Shown in pieces: positions 17,188-25,914 of a DNA stretch of 64,000 bases. The notes under the pieces are model-generated. The model searched no databases. It was not told the origin of the DNA and worked only from the letters and a program-made list of their open reading frames with translations. This DNA comes from a virus: IMG/VR virus record IMGVR_UViG_3300045988_049951, one strand, 5' to 3'. A program made the position numbers and the translations under genes. Position 1 is the first letter of the stretch, and every line of letters starts with the position of its first letter.

Positions 17188-17667
17188 TCAGCCAAATATA
17201 CAAATCATTGAAGATATAAAGAATACAGCTCCTCCTACTACACTTGTCCAACCTCCAGCATCTTCGTCATTCTTAGATAGCTTTCCTCTACCAGTTAGTA
17301 GCATAAACAAGGATATTCCTAATAATATGATACCTATTACAACACCTGCTATCTCTTTGTAAAGTAATTTCCATACTACGATAGTTATTGCTGTTTGTCC
17401 CAAATTAGAGTCTGCTATTCTGATGGCGGAATCTTCAACTGCTTTAAGAGTTTCATTAACAGCCACGCCTATTTCCTTACCAAGGTTAGCATACTCAGAA
17501 ACTTCCTTGATTTCACCCTTTATAGCTTTCTCTGTTGTTATCTTCTCAATTTGAGTTCTAGTATCACTAGGCAACTTATCATAGTCTTCTTGTGATATAG
17601 TTATCTGAGAAAAAGCTGCTACGCTCATCCAGAGCATAGCAAGCATAATTACAAGGAACTTTTTCAT
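17188..17667 (-). CDS. secreted / membrane protein (signal peptide plus two C-terminal TM helices)
   Basis: MKKFLVIMLAMLWMSVAAFSQ signal peptide; C-terminal hydrophobic segments; start overlaps the stop of the upstream gene (TAATG). Confidence 0.45.
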   Translation of the reverse strand: MKKFLVIMLAMLWMSVAAFSQITISQEDYDKLPSDTRTQIEKITTEKAIKGEIKEVSEYANLGKEIGVAVNETLKAVEDSAIRIADSNLGQTAITIVVWKLLYKEIAGVVIGIILLGISLFMLLTGRGKLSKNDEDAGGWTSVVGGAVFFISSMICIFG

Positions 17668-18227
17668 TAGTCAAGCCATTCAAATTCTTCACCCTTGAAA
17701 TGTCTTGCAAAACAAGCATCGAACACTAGCTTTCCAAACTGGGTTGATACGTATTTGGCAATCTCTTCAGATTTGCACGCAAGCATCCCGACAAAGGAAT
17801 TGGCATAGCCGACGTCAAAGTAAGAATTGAAAGAGCCGAGACCCGCATAGCCGCCATAATGCGCGCTGCCGCCCACCAACGCGAATTTCTCGCCCTGATA
17901 ACGGAAGTGACCAATGACTTCTGCATCCTTCGGAACTGATTTCATTCTAAAGAAGCGAACCCAGGGATACCATATAGTACCAGTTAACAGATTGAACTTG
18001 TGACCTTCATTTAGCGCATCCAAGACTGTCTGCAACTTAGCTAGAGAATTTACAGATCTATTGTAGTAAATAGTATCTCTAGTAACACACCCTAGATAGT
18101 TTACAGCATCCTCATAGGTTCTTATCCGTCCCATAATGTTTTCTGGAACGATTTCAACATTGCCAGTTTCGGCATTATAGATGGGTTTATAACCATCTGG
18201 ACATTCAATTTCAATTGTCTTTTTCAT
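17667..18227 (-). CDS. second (remote) DGR target protein: small C-type-lectin/FGE-like protein carrying variable repeat VR2
   Basis: Residues about 116-147 (LVGGSAHYGGYAGLGSFNSYFDVGYANSFVG) are encoded by a GC-rich 90-nt segment homologous to the DGR template repeat; every difference from the template lies at a template adenine. Confidence 0.6.
   Translation of the reverse strand: MKKTIEIECPDGYKPIYNAETGNVEIVPENIMGRIRTYEDAVNYLGCVTRDTIYYNRSVNSLAKLQTVLDALNEGHKFNLLTGTIWYPWVRFFRMKSVPKDAEVIGHFRYQGEKFALVGGSAHYGGYAGLGSFNSYFDVGYANSFVGMLACKSEEIAKYVSTQFGKLVFDACFARHFKGEEFEWLD
17788..17878 (-). repeat. DGR variable repeat 2 (VR2), inside CDS 17667..18227
   Basis: About 90-nt alignment to the TR (43822..43919) with some 18 mismatches, all at TR adenines (A to G/T/C). 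Confidence 0.7.
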
Positions 18228-18256
18228 TCGTTATAATATTTAATAAAACATGATTA

Positions 18257-18331
18257 GGGTGTTATAGCGGACTCGAACCGCTGACCTCTACAGCCACAAT
18301 GTAGCGTTCTGCCAACTGAACTAATAACACC
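18257..18331 (-). tRNA. tRNA-His (anticodon GTG)
   Basis: Acceptor GGTGTTA/TAACACC, anticodon stem-loop CTACA-TTGTGGC-TGTAG, T-arm GCGGTTCGAGTCCGC. Confidence 0.7.
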
Positions 18332-18337
18332 ATCAAA

Positions 18338-18802
18338 TTATTCGAATAGCGGCAGCAACTTCTTTCCTAGTATCTTCACCGCTTTCTGTACATCAGCTAC
18401 AGTTCTAAAATAAACAACACCTGGATATTTTACGTTTTGATGCATGACGACGTACACTCCTTTTATATCAGTTTCCGTCTTTCCAGATAGAGAAGAACCT
18501 TTTCCAAGAAAATAGCCAGTATTACCTTCTGTTTTGATCCATCCTTTATTTAGATAGTTAGCAACTATTTGTAAACTAGCTAGAGAACTGAGTTGTTCTG
18601 TCATGCTTGGAGGACATACTAATGTATTCCAAAAACCATAATCTTCTTCAGACTCTACTATCTCTTTAAAGGAAGGAATTAGCATTTCCTCACTAAATGC
18701 AGTAAGAGCTAATTTCTTCAAGTCTTCATTACCGCTTTCATACCATTCGCGTGCCTGCTCTAAAGTTACCTCAAGATAGGCTTTTGTCTTAATTCTATTC
18801 AT
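18338..18802 (-). CDS. hypothetical protein (154 aa)
   Basis: ORF track. Confidence 0.4.
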   Translation of the reverse strand: MNRIKTKAYLEVTLEQAREWYESGNEDLKKLALTAFSEEMLIPSFKEIVESEEDYGFWNTLVCPPSMTEQLSSLASLQIVANYLNKGWIKTEGNTGYFLGKGSSLSGKTETDIKGVYVVMHQNVKYPGVVYFRTVADVQKAVKILGKKLLPLFE

Positions 18803-19050
18803 TTTTGTTTATTAGTTTTTAATGGACACCAATCCGGAATTAATACCCTTTCGTAAGGTCTTAACATTCCTTCAATTAGTTTATTCTCAGACTCCTTACA
18901 GAGCGCTTTCTCGTCGTCATCATTGAACCAGTCATTAGGATCTGGGTCAGGAACAATTAAGCAGTGCGGACATTCTCTACACTGCTTAATTTCTTTTTGA
19001 AATACTACACTAGTACCAGATTTCTGGTAAGTATCCTTCTCCGTACTCAT
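18799..19050 (-). CDS. hypothetical Cys-containing protein (83 aa)
   Basis: ORF track; CRECPHC...WCP cysteines. Confidence 0.4.
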   Translation of the reverse strand: MSTEKDTYQKSGTSVVFQKEIKQCRECPHCLIVPDPDPNDWFNDDDEKALCKESENKLIEGMLRPYERVLIPDWCPLKTNKQK

Positions 19051-19056
19051 AATTTG

Positions 19057-19272
19057 TCATTTTGTAATTTCTTTAAATTCGTTTATAACTGTTTTTATAA
19101 ATGGTTTAATATCAAATAATAGTATTACAATAACAAATATAGTATTTATTACTGGTAATGCCATTATTGCGAGTCTTCCAACTGTAACAGATCGTTCATT
19201 TACTGCCATATAAAGGCTAACTATGTACGTGCTTATTACGTATATAAATGCTGAATATACAAATATCATCAT
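19057..19272 (-). CDS. small membrane protein (two TM helices)
   Basis: ORF track; strongly hydrophobic sequence. Confidence 0.4.
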   Translation of the reverse strand: MMIFVYSAFIYVISTYIVSLYMAVNERSVTVGRLAIMALPVINTIFVIVILLFDIKPFIKTVINEFKEITK

Positions 19273-19290
19273 AATATATTGAAATTAGTG

Positions 19291-19374
19291 TGGGATTGGG
19301 AGGACTCGAACCTCCAGTCTCAAAAGAGAGCAGATTTACAGTCTGCGCGGCTACCAATTACCGGTTACAATCCC
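19291..19374 (-). tRNA. tRNA-Tyr (anticodon GTA), type II, copy 1
   Basis: Anticodon stem-loop GCAGA-CTGTAAA-TCTGC, long variable arm, acceptor GGGATTG/CAATCCC. Confidence 0.7.
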
Positions 19375-19587
19375 GAATCGACCTAGTAGAGAACCCTGGT
19401 TTCCTCATTTAAATATGACTAACCTATATGCAGTGGGTATACATATTTCTAAAATTCATATCCTAGGTCTCGCTAATAGAGTTTTATTCATAGACAGATT
19501 TATAATAATCTATCCAATAGTCTGCTTCCATATCTTCGAAGATTTCTTTAAGTTCTTCATCAGATAATCCTTCGTATTTGTCTTCCA

Positions 19588-19959
19588 TTATATCTTTCTC
19601 CTATTAAATAGTCTAAAATATTCGTCAGAATATACGCTGCATAAGTCCTTATACTTTTTTGGCATAGGATAATCAAAGTCATCAAATGCAGACTCTTTAA
19701 TAAATCCATCATGTAGAGCCATATTTGCTGTGGTAACAGCAATATTACAATTACGCTCCTTTCCCCAGTCAACAATGTTACTCATAACACTATTAAAGTA
19801 TTCTGTATCATTATCTACTTGGAGATAGATTTCCACTCTGCAAATTGCAGGATTTTTGAATCCTTGTCTACCTTGTCTAAGAGTTATTTTAGATACGAAA
19901 TTCAAGTCTAGCAAATCTGCTATTCTATCCTTAGCTACAATTCTAGAAATTCTTATCAT
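19588..19959 (-). CDS. hypothetical protein (123 aa)
   Basis: ORF track; the overlapping ORF 19560..19775 is judged spurious. Confidence 0.4.
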   Translation of the reverse strand: MIRISRIVAKDRIADLLDLNFVSKITLRQGRQGFKNPAICRVEIYLQVDNDTEYFNSVMSNIVDWGKERNCNIAVTTANMALHDGFIKESAFDDFDYPMPKKYKDLCSVYSDEYFRLFNRRKI

Positions 19960-19986
19960 CTTTTGGTAAGTTATTTTACATAATTG

Positions 19987-20070
19987 TGGGATAGGTAGGA
20001 TTCGAACCTACTAAGCCTAAAGGCAACGGATTTACAGTCCGTCCCAACTCTCCATCGTTGGCGCTATCCC
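19987..20070 (-). tRNA. tRNA-Tyr (anticodon GTA), type II, copy 2 (sequence distinct from copy 1)
   Basis: Anticodon stem-loop ACGGA-CTGTAAA-TCCGT, variable-arm stem GCCT/AGGC, T-arm GTAGGTTCGAATCCTAC. Confidence 0.7.
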
Positions 20071-20279
20071 ATAAAGCAATTAACAGATTTGTTCTAATTA
20101 ACATAGCTACTACAATTCTTCCTCTTGGCACCCCAAGTCCTCTAGTAGCTAATAGCCGCACTAGTGCGTGGTAACAATTTTAAGGGAACTCACCTCTGTT
20201 AATTGGAGTAATCAGGGATTCATCTACGTAGGCACCCAATAGACATTATCTATTCTACTAGTGAATGGTGATTACTTCG

Positions 20280-20352
20280 TCTGGATAGTGTGGCTCGAAC
20301 ACACGACCTCTGCATCCCAAATGCAGCGTTCTACCTACTGAACTATATCCAG
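20280..20352 (-). tRNA. tRNA-Pro (anticodon TGG)
   Basis: Acceptor CTGGATA/TATCCAG, anticodon stem-loop CTGCA-TTTGGGA-TGCAG, T-arm GTGTGTTCGAGCCACAC. Confidence 0.7.
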
Positions 20353-20420
20353 GTGTAAGTATGTGTTTCACAACAAATACTCACTGCGTAAGAAAAAGAA
20401 AAATTCAAGAAAATTGCCTG

Positions 20421-20494
20421 TGACTCCGCTGGGATTCGAACCCAGGACCCCCAAATTAAAAGTTTGGTGCTCTAACCAACTGAGCTACGGAGTC
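20421..20494 (-). tRNA. tRNA-Lys (anticodon TTT)
   Basis: Acceptor GACTCCG/CGGAGTC, anticodon stem-loop CCAAA-CTTTTAA-TTTGG, T-arm CTGGGTTCGAATCCCAG. Confidence 0.75.
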
Positions 20495-20509
20495 ATTTTA
20501 ATGATAAAG

Positions 20510-20583
20510 TATCCCGTGAAGGATTCGAACCTTCGACCCACAGCTTAGAAGGCTGTTGCTCTATCCAACTGAGCTAACGGGAC
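20510..20583 (-). tRNA. tRNA-Arg (anticodon TCT)
   Basis: Anticodon stem-loop ACAGC-CTTCTAA-GCTGT, T-arm GAAGGTTCGAATCCTTC. Confidence 0.7.
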
Positions 20584-20635
20584 ATCGTGTTCGCTATTAT
20601 ATACAGCGAACTACGTTCTTCTTAGTTAATAATTG

Positions 20636-21595
20636 TTAAATCTTCTCTTCGGAAATAAGCGCATTACCGCACGTTATTCTGTCAGCATCTTCTTCTTTAG
20701 AAGGAACAAATACGATAACATCCCAACCTTCTTCAAGTAAAGGCTGTTCGAATTGACGATAAACATTATAATCAGAGTAGCCAGTTACTTCAAAACCATT
20801 CTCAACTGCGGATGCAGTTTCATGAATAGGGGTTATTTTCACAATAAACTTCTCTTTATCGAAAAGTCTAGATAACTCCTTTGCATCCAGAATAGTCTGT
20901 GCAGTAACTGGGAAATTCAACGTATACTTTCTACCTTTCGGCATAGGTAAACGACTAGCCATTTCAGAAATAGTAGCTAATGAATGACTTTTGTTGTCAA
21001 ATAGCTCTCTTCTCTGTTCATCATCAGTAGAATTTATTGAGAATTGAAGACCTGCCTCACCTCCGTAGAAATCATTCTTGATTCCACACCAAGTTTGTAT
21101 GAAGTTCTCTAGTTTTCTATTAGCTCTAGGAAGCATAGTAGAAACTACTGGATGGACAGTCTTAGCTATCAATCCACAACTCTTTACTACTTCTTTTAGA
21201 ACAATCCCAAATGCTAGTACATTATCATTCCAAGTTGGCTCTCCCATTCTTGCGAAATGCACATTGAATCTGTCAGTATTCCTAACAGTCTCATTCTTGA
21301 TAATGTTTCTTATTTGCCATTCCATCTCTTCAATAGAAACGTTTCCATAGAATCCAAATTTCGGAACATCACAGAACTTGCATGTCATCGGACAACCTTT
21401 CTGGGTAGAAATGGTTGCAACCCACTTCTTACTAAGGTCAACTTCAGTATTAGCTACTCCGTTGATCTCCTTAGTTAATCCTAGGAAATTAGCTTTGATA
21501 TTGTTCTCCTTTCCATAGTCTCCTACGGTTAGAAATTCAAGTTTATGTTCTGTATCAACATAAATCTTTCCTGTGTGAGTAAGTATTGTCTTCAT
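20636..21595 (-). CDS. radical-SAM methyltransferase of the RlmN/Cfr family (319 aa)
   Basis: STQKGCPMTCKFCDV (compare RlmN SSQVGCALECKFCST), SAM-binding ARMGEP (RlmN MGMGEPL), C-terminal ITCGNAL (RlmN AACGQLA, second catalytic Cys). Confidence 0.6.
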   Translation of the reverse strand: MKTILTHTGKIYVDTEHKLEFLTVGDYGKENNIKANFLGLTKEINGVANTEVDLSKKWVATISTQKGCPMTCKFCDVPKFGFYGNVSIEEMEWQIRNIIKNETVRNTDRFNVHFARMGEPTWNDNVLAFGIVLKEVVKSCGLIAKTVHPVVSTMLPRANRKLENFIQTWCGIKNDFYGGEAGLQFSINSTDDEQRRELFDNKSHSLATISEMASRLPMPKGRKYTLNFPVTAQTILDAKELSRLFDKEKFIVKITPIHETASAVENGFEVTGYSDYNVYRQFEQPLLEEGWDVIVFVPSKEEDADRITCGNALISEEKI

Positions 21596-21875
21596 TGTTC
21601 TTCAATTGCCTTCCAAATGATAATTAATATTATGAATACTACTATATAGGTCATGGTACAATCCTCCAATCCAATCTATTCATCACTATTCTGAATTTGT
21701 TAGCTTCTGACCAGCTACGGAAAGACCTAACGATCTTCCCGTAACTGTCCAACAGATAATATTTCATACTTAACTAGCTCTCCATTAATATGAATTGTAC
21801 AAAGGATTATATTGCCTACAATAATCATAGTTTCCACCATAATTATCTCACCGTTTATTTCGGTGATTCTTCTCA

Positions 21876-22127
21876 TTATTGCCATAAACTAAATACTTTT
21901 TTTGTTAGTGGATAGTTTCCTCTCCACTTTGTTGCATACTTAAATACACGAGAATCGCCTGTACGACGCCAAGTAGATCGAAATAGCGGGAATAAAATCG
22001 CCATAACGACAAGTCCAAATACTAGAACAATGAAAGTTAAACCTTTCAGTATATGTTCTAATAACCAAACGGGTAAAGTAATGCCCCATCTAACAATTGC
22101 TAATAAATCTTCCATATTAGTTCTCAA
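21876..22127 (-). CDS. small membrane protein (83 aa)
   Basis: ORF track; hydrophobic. Confidence 0.4.
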   Translation of the reverse strand: MRTNMEDLLAIVRWGITLPVWLLEHILKGLTFIVLVFGLVVMAILFPLFRSTWRRTGDSRVFKYATKWRGNYPLTKKVFSLWQ

Positions 22128-22350
22128 CTATCAGAGTGTTATGGATTCTCAATTCCTCTTCCGAAATCGGAATTAATTCTCCAAATACTCTTATGTATTT
22201 TTGTTCTTTGATTACTAATGATGTGGTAATTTCAGTGATTACCTCGATGTTAGCATTGTGCCATCTCTTTAAATACTGAGAATGTATTCTTCTAGACAAT
22301 TCGTAGTTGTCTGAAGATGCTATTCTCGCAGCTTTGAATCTTTTTCTCAT
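22117..22350 (-). CDS. hypothetical protein (77 aa)
   Basis: ORF track. Confidence 0.35.
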   Translation of the reverse strand: MRKRFKAARIASSDNYELSRRIHSQYLKRWHNANIEVITEITTSLVIKEQKYIRVFGELIPISEEELRIHNTLIVEN

Positions 22351-22547
22351 GGTTTTCTTTTTAATTCGTTAAATCTTTTTCTTGCTAATTTTCCATTCAC
22401 AAATGTTTCTGTAACTGTTCTGATGCCTTCTATGTGAATGGTATACTCGAAGGCGTGGGTTCCAGTGAGAGTTATCACTCTTCCCCATGAATCTGTAAAT
22501 CTTGCGCGAACAGTTGAATCGCAGTGTAATCTGTTGAATTTTCTCAT
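22347..22547 (-). CDS. hypothetical protein (66 aa)
   Basis: ORF track; overlapping stop/start with the neighbouring gene. Confidence 0.35.
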   Translation of the reverse strand: MRKFNRLHCDSTVRARFTDSWGRVITLTGTHAFEYTIHIEGIRTVTETFVNGKLARKRFNELKRKP

Positions 22548-22601
22548 TTTCTTTTTCTTTTAATCCTGACTACCTATTTCTAGGTAGTTTCGTCTTAATT
22601 T

Positions 22602-23219
22602 TCAAAGACTCATCAGAGGATCTTCATATAAACCCAATTTATACAATTGCATTATTTCTTCATCTTTACTTTTAGGGTCTAATATAGAAAGACCTTTTCT
22701 TATTTTTTCTAATCTTTCTAAATTGTTTTTCCTCGATAAATCGTTCATGCATGTAACTGCACTGAATCCGTAGTCTGTTTCAGTCATTATAAATAGTCCT
22801 GTATCTGTGACAACTGTAGAATCAAATATTTTTCCTAAGCAAAAATCTTTGCAGATATTCCTTAGTATATTATCTAGTCCTACAATTTTAAACCTCTCGT
22901 TATACCTATCTAAAAAATGACGTGTAAACTCCAGTACTGTAGTATCAGTAGAATAAGCATATATTCTTTTGCCACATTTAGTAAATACCGTATAATTTAA
23001 ACTATTTCTACTTAGACATTTCCATACTAAATAATATCTGTTATTTCCAACTTTCATCTGAGTTATTTCTCCAAAGTGTGGAAAAGTCATTTGATTTTTC
23101 ATTTTCAACAGTATTCGCCTTTTCTTTACGGCCATTCTTTCTGCAATTTTATCTATTGAGTCTATATCGCGGTTAAATTCCCTGACAATATCTTTACCTG
23201 TCATCGTATCTACAATCAT
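22602..23219 (-). CDS. hypothetical protein (205 aa)
   Basis: ORF track. Confidence 0.45.
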   Translation of the reverse strand: MIVDTMTGKDIVREFNRDIDSIDKIAERMAVKKRRILLKMKNQMTFPHFGEITQMKVGNNRYYLVWKCLSRNSLNYTVFTKCGKRIYAYSTDTTVLEFTRHFLDRYNERFKIVGLDNILRNICKDFCLGKIFDSTVVTDTGLFIMTETDYGFSAVTCMNDLSRKNNLERLEKIRKGLSILDPKSKDEEIMQLYKLGLYEDPLMSL

Positions 23220-23293
23220 AAATTACTATCTATTAAATTATTAAAAGTGCTGTTTTACTTCTAAGCCAGCAAAGGGCGAAGGACTTCCAATTC

Positions 23294-23620
23294 TCAGTTT
23301 AATTCGTATCCAAATTTTCTAAAAGCTTCTACTACTAGAGTCAATGTATGCTTTCCTACATTTCTAACTCTTAGTATATCTCTCTTTGAATACTGTTTAA
23401 CGAAAGTACTTAGAGTTATGGTTACGTCATTAGTAACAGACCTTAAAGCATTATTTGCCCTAACATCTAACTCTTCAAATAGAACGTAGATAGGAACATC
23501 TATTTGCTCCTTCTTAATTTTCTCTGTCTCGTAGATTACTCCTAGAGAATCTAACACTTTCTTATAGAGCTTAGATTCTTCTGCATTGATAGACTGTTCT
23601 TTAATCTTGATAATTTCCAT
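23294..23620 (-). CDS. helix-hairpin-helix protein resembling the RNA polymerase alpha-subunit C-terminal domain
   Basis: ELDVRANNALRSVTNDVTITLSTFV...DILRVRNVGKHTLTLVVEAFRKFGYEL parallels the alpha-CTD HhH pair (LSVRSANCLK...DLLRTPNFGKKSLTEI); first gene of the leftward operon next to the intergenic region. Confidence 0.4.
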   Translation of the reverse strand: MEIIKIKEQSINAEESKLYKKVLDSLGVIYETEKIKKEQIDVPIYVLFEELDVRANNALRSVTNDVTITLSTFVKQYSKRDILRVRNVGKHTLTLVVEAFRKFGYELN

Positions 23621-24004
23621 GATAAATATTTTTATTAATTATTACTAGAACTATTAGTTTTAGCTTGAATAGCTTACTTATCTCCTAAACCACGTAAAGG
23701 TTGTTCTTATCTTAGGAGTAGGAGACCTAAGTCTCCAATGCATACAATTGTTTCTCAACAACCTACGCCGTCATATATAATGAAAAGAGATGGATTATCC
23801 TGTGCCTACAATCATTTAAGATTGTCTTCGATTGTTGGTGCAATCTCACAATACTTTGCCTTATCTCTCGATAAGACACCTCTCCAGTATCAAGGTCATA
23901 CTGTTTGATATAAGAGATGCTCTGCATTAGTCTCTGGGCGTACCCATTATAATCCTAGAAAACGTAACAAAAGCTACAAGTAGTTGTAGTCATTGAATAC
24001 CAAG

Positions 24005-24074
24005 TTCCCTACTCTGGACTTGAACCAGAATCTTCTCCTTTAGAGGGAGATATACTGACTTGTACTAGTAGGGA
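24005..24074 (-). tRNA. suppressor tRNA with anticodon CTA (reads UAG); amino-acid identity unknown; 70 nt, short D-loop
   Basis: Acceptor TCCCTAC/GTAGGGA, U8, D-stem GTAC/GTAT, perfect anticodon stem TCTCC/GGAGA with loop CTCTAAA, T-arm TCTGGTTCAAGTCCAGA. Confidence 0.65.
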
Positions 24075-24903
24075 AATACTCCACCTATGCTATCTAGAAT
24101 AAGGTGGAGAGTTATTTAGATAGTTTCCTACGCTATCTACGTTACTAACGTTCACTAAGAATATAGGTAGCTAATCCATATTCTTGCGACTGAGTTCGAG
24201 GTAGGAAATATACCCTTATGAGGTATCCTCTTATCAGCTAGCCTTATTAATCTAGCGGCTTATACTAGGCAACTTCTAATACAATTGCATAACATATAAA
24301 AATATGACATACATGGTCTACTGGTATGTCAGCAGTACTTTCATATATTGCTATAAGTGACCAATCTTATAGCTCAATCCTCCTTACTCATGAGATAAGT
24401 TTGCGAACTCTCATTTTCATTAATAGCAGTTATTTTCGGATATTGGGCTATCTGCGTAACCCCGCTTTTTGTTGCCTTTTATAGGCTAATGTTAGAGTAA
24501 ATAATCATTGTAGTATGAGTTATAAAACTCGTCCTACTGGCGATTTTTTGAAAACTGGAAAAAGTAGGAAAATCTGCCTTTGAGTTTGTGGAACATTCTT
24601 CTCCTTACTCTCCATATTTTCACGTGAAACATACACGATTTTACTAGAAATGATAGTCTTTCCTATCAGCCAGACATAAAAACTAAAACTACTACAAAAG
24701 TTAACTCGGTTTTGATTTTTTTTTGTTTTGTTGTTGATTTCTCCGTTGACCAATGTTCCAATGATGGAGTTCATATGGGCATTTTATTTATACTCGTAAT
24801 ACCTTAGAGTTGCACGTTTGACTTATTTTAAATCTCGTTGTGCGCTGAGATCGACTCTAAGATTCGGTCACACTCTCACTTATTTATACACGAGAGAGTC
24901 GTG

Positions 24904-25098
24904 TTAATCTACAAAGACAATTCTTATTACTTTTGGGATGTCTTCTTCTGACTTTTGATAAGTCATAATCCATGCTTCAGAAGTTTTACAATAAACTCTG
25001 TCCGCCTTGAGATTTAACTTTTCTCCAGTCTTTGGGTCATAGATTATTCCCCAGCTATACAAACACTTTTTCGTTCTGAACTTTTTTCTCGTGTCCAT
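24904..25098 (-). CDS. hypothetical small protein (64 aa)
   Basis: ORF track. Confidence 0.35.
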   Translation of the reverse strand: MDTRKKFRTKKCLYSWGIIYDPKTGEKLNLKADRVYCKTSEAWIMTYQKSEEDIPKVIRIVFVD

Positions 25099-25149
25099 AA
25101 CTACAAAGATTATTTGTATATAAAAGAAAGGGGATTTCTCCCCAATCTT

Positions 25150-25596
25150 TTACTCGTAATCCTCAACCTCAAGTTTGTAAGTTCTCTTGGTGTAAGCCGG
25201 AACTCCTCCGTGTGCCTCGATGTCTTCAGAGGTGATGCTCTTTACCACAAATGTTACTTTATGGTCAATGCACCAAACAAGGAAATTTGCATTTTCCAAA
25301 GGAGTAGAACCAATAGCAGGAGCTTCGTCGTCGATAGTTACGCCAGCGAAGTGTTTAGCTCCGATTGATGCACCACTGTCAGTTGTGAAAGTGATAGGCA
25401 CAAACCTTGCTTGTCCTTCTCTTTGTGTATTGTTTGTCAATTCCATTTTGTTCATAGCAACAATCTGGAACTTATCGCCCTTCTTCAAGCCGACAACAAC
25501 TGAACGTTCATTACCTTCCAAACCTAATGAGTTTACCACTGATTTAGCACGTTCTTCTACGCTGAGATTACTGTTCTTTAATTCTTCGAGTGTCAT
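25150..25596 (-). CDS. hypothetical protein (148 aa), first gene leftward of the divergent region
   Basis: ORF track; the plus-strand ORFs overlapping it are judged shadows. Confidence 0.45.
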   Translation of the reverse strand: MTLEELKNSNLSVEERAKSVVNSLGLEGNERSVVVGLKKGDKFQIVAMNKMELTNNTQREGQARFVPITFTTDSGASIGAKHFAGVTIDDEAPAIGSTPLENANFLVWCIDHKVTFVVKSITSEDIEAHGGVPAYTKRTYKLEVEDYE

Positions 25597-25599
25597 AAT

Positions 25600-25914
25600 A
25601 CTAAAAATTTTTAATTTGTTAATACTGTGAGTTACTTTTGTTTTTGTTTTAGTTTTATATCAATATACAGGGGGGGACTAAAGGGGTTGTGGACCGCCAT
25701 AACAGTCTCTCATATAATTTTCGGAATCTAGGTAACTTTCACCTGTATATAAATTCCGAATTTATTAAACCCCCAGGGGGCTATTTATATAAAGTACCTG
25801 TACCCATTTGCGGATAACTAAATGAAATATGTATAATATTAGAATTAGAATTTTTTAACTTTGTATTTAACTTTTCAGAAGGTATTGTTGTATATAACTA
25901 AAAAAGAAACAATT
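25600..25914. promoter_or_regulatory. divergent intergenic region between the standard-code (minus) and TAG-recoded (plus) modules; G7 tract, CCCCCAGGGGG palindrome, candidate Bacteroidota-type promoter element TAACTTTG
   Basis: Both gene arrays start from here in opposite directions; ggggggg at about 25672; palindrome at about 25770-25782; TAnnTTTG-like motif at about 25856. Confidence 0.3.

Noticed and set aside
17810-17880. GC-rich islands at 17.8 kb and 43.6 kb as horizontally acquired foreign DNA
   Set aside because: They are explained as DGR variable repeats: the template adenines are replaced, mostly by G, which raises local GC content.
17726-17926. Minus-strand ORF 17726..17926 with an Ala/Arg-rich translation
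   Set aside because: It is an alternative frame across the GC-rich VR2 segment inside the genuine gene 17667..18227. Its unusual composition comes from the VR's GC content.
19976-20161. Track ORFs overlapping tRNA genes (19976..20161, 6395..6634, 20363..20548, 26468..26770, the N-terminal parts of 9667..10326 and 8122..8385)
   Set aside because: Their frames run through well-formed tRNA structures. They were trimmed to downstream start codons or discarded.
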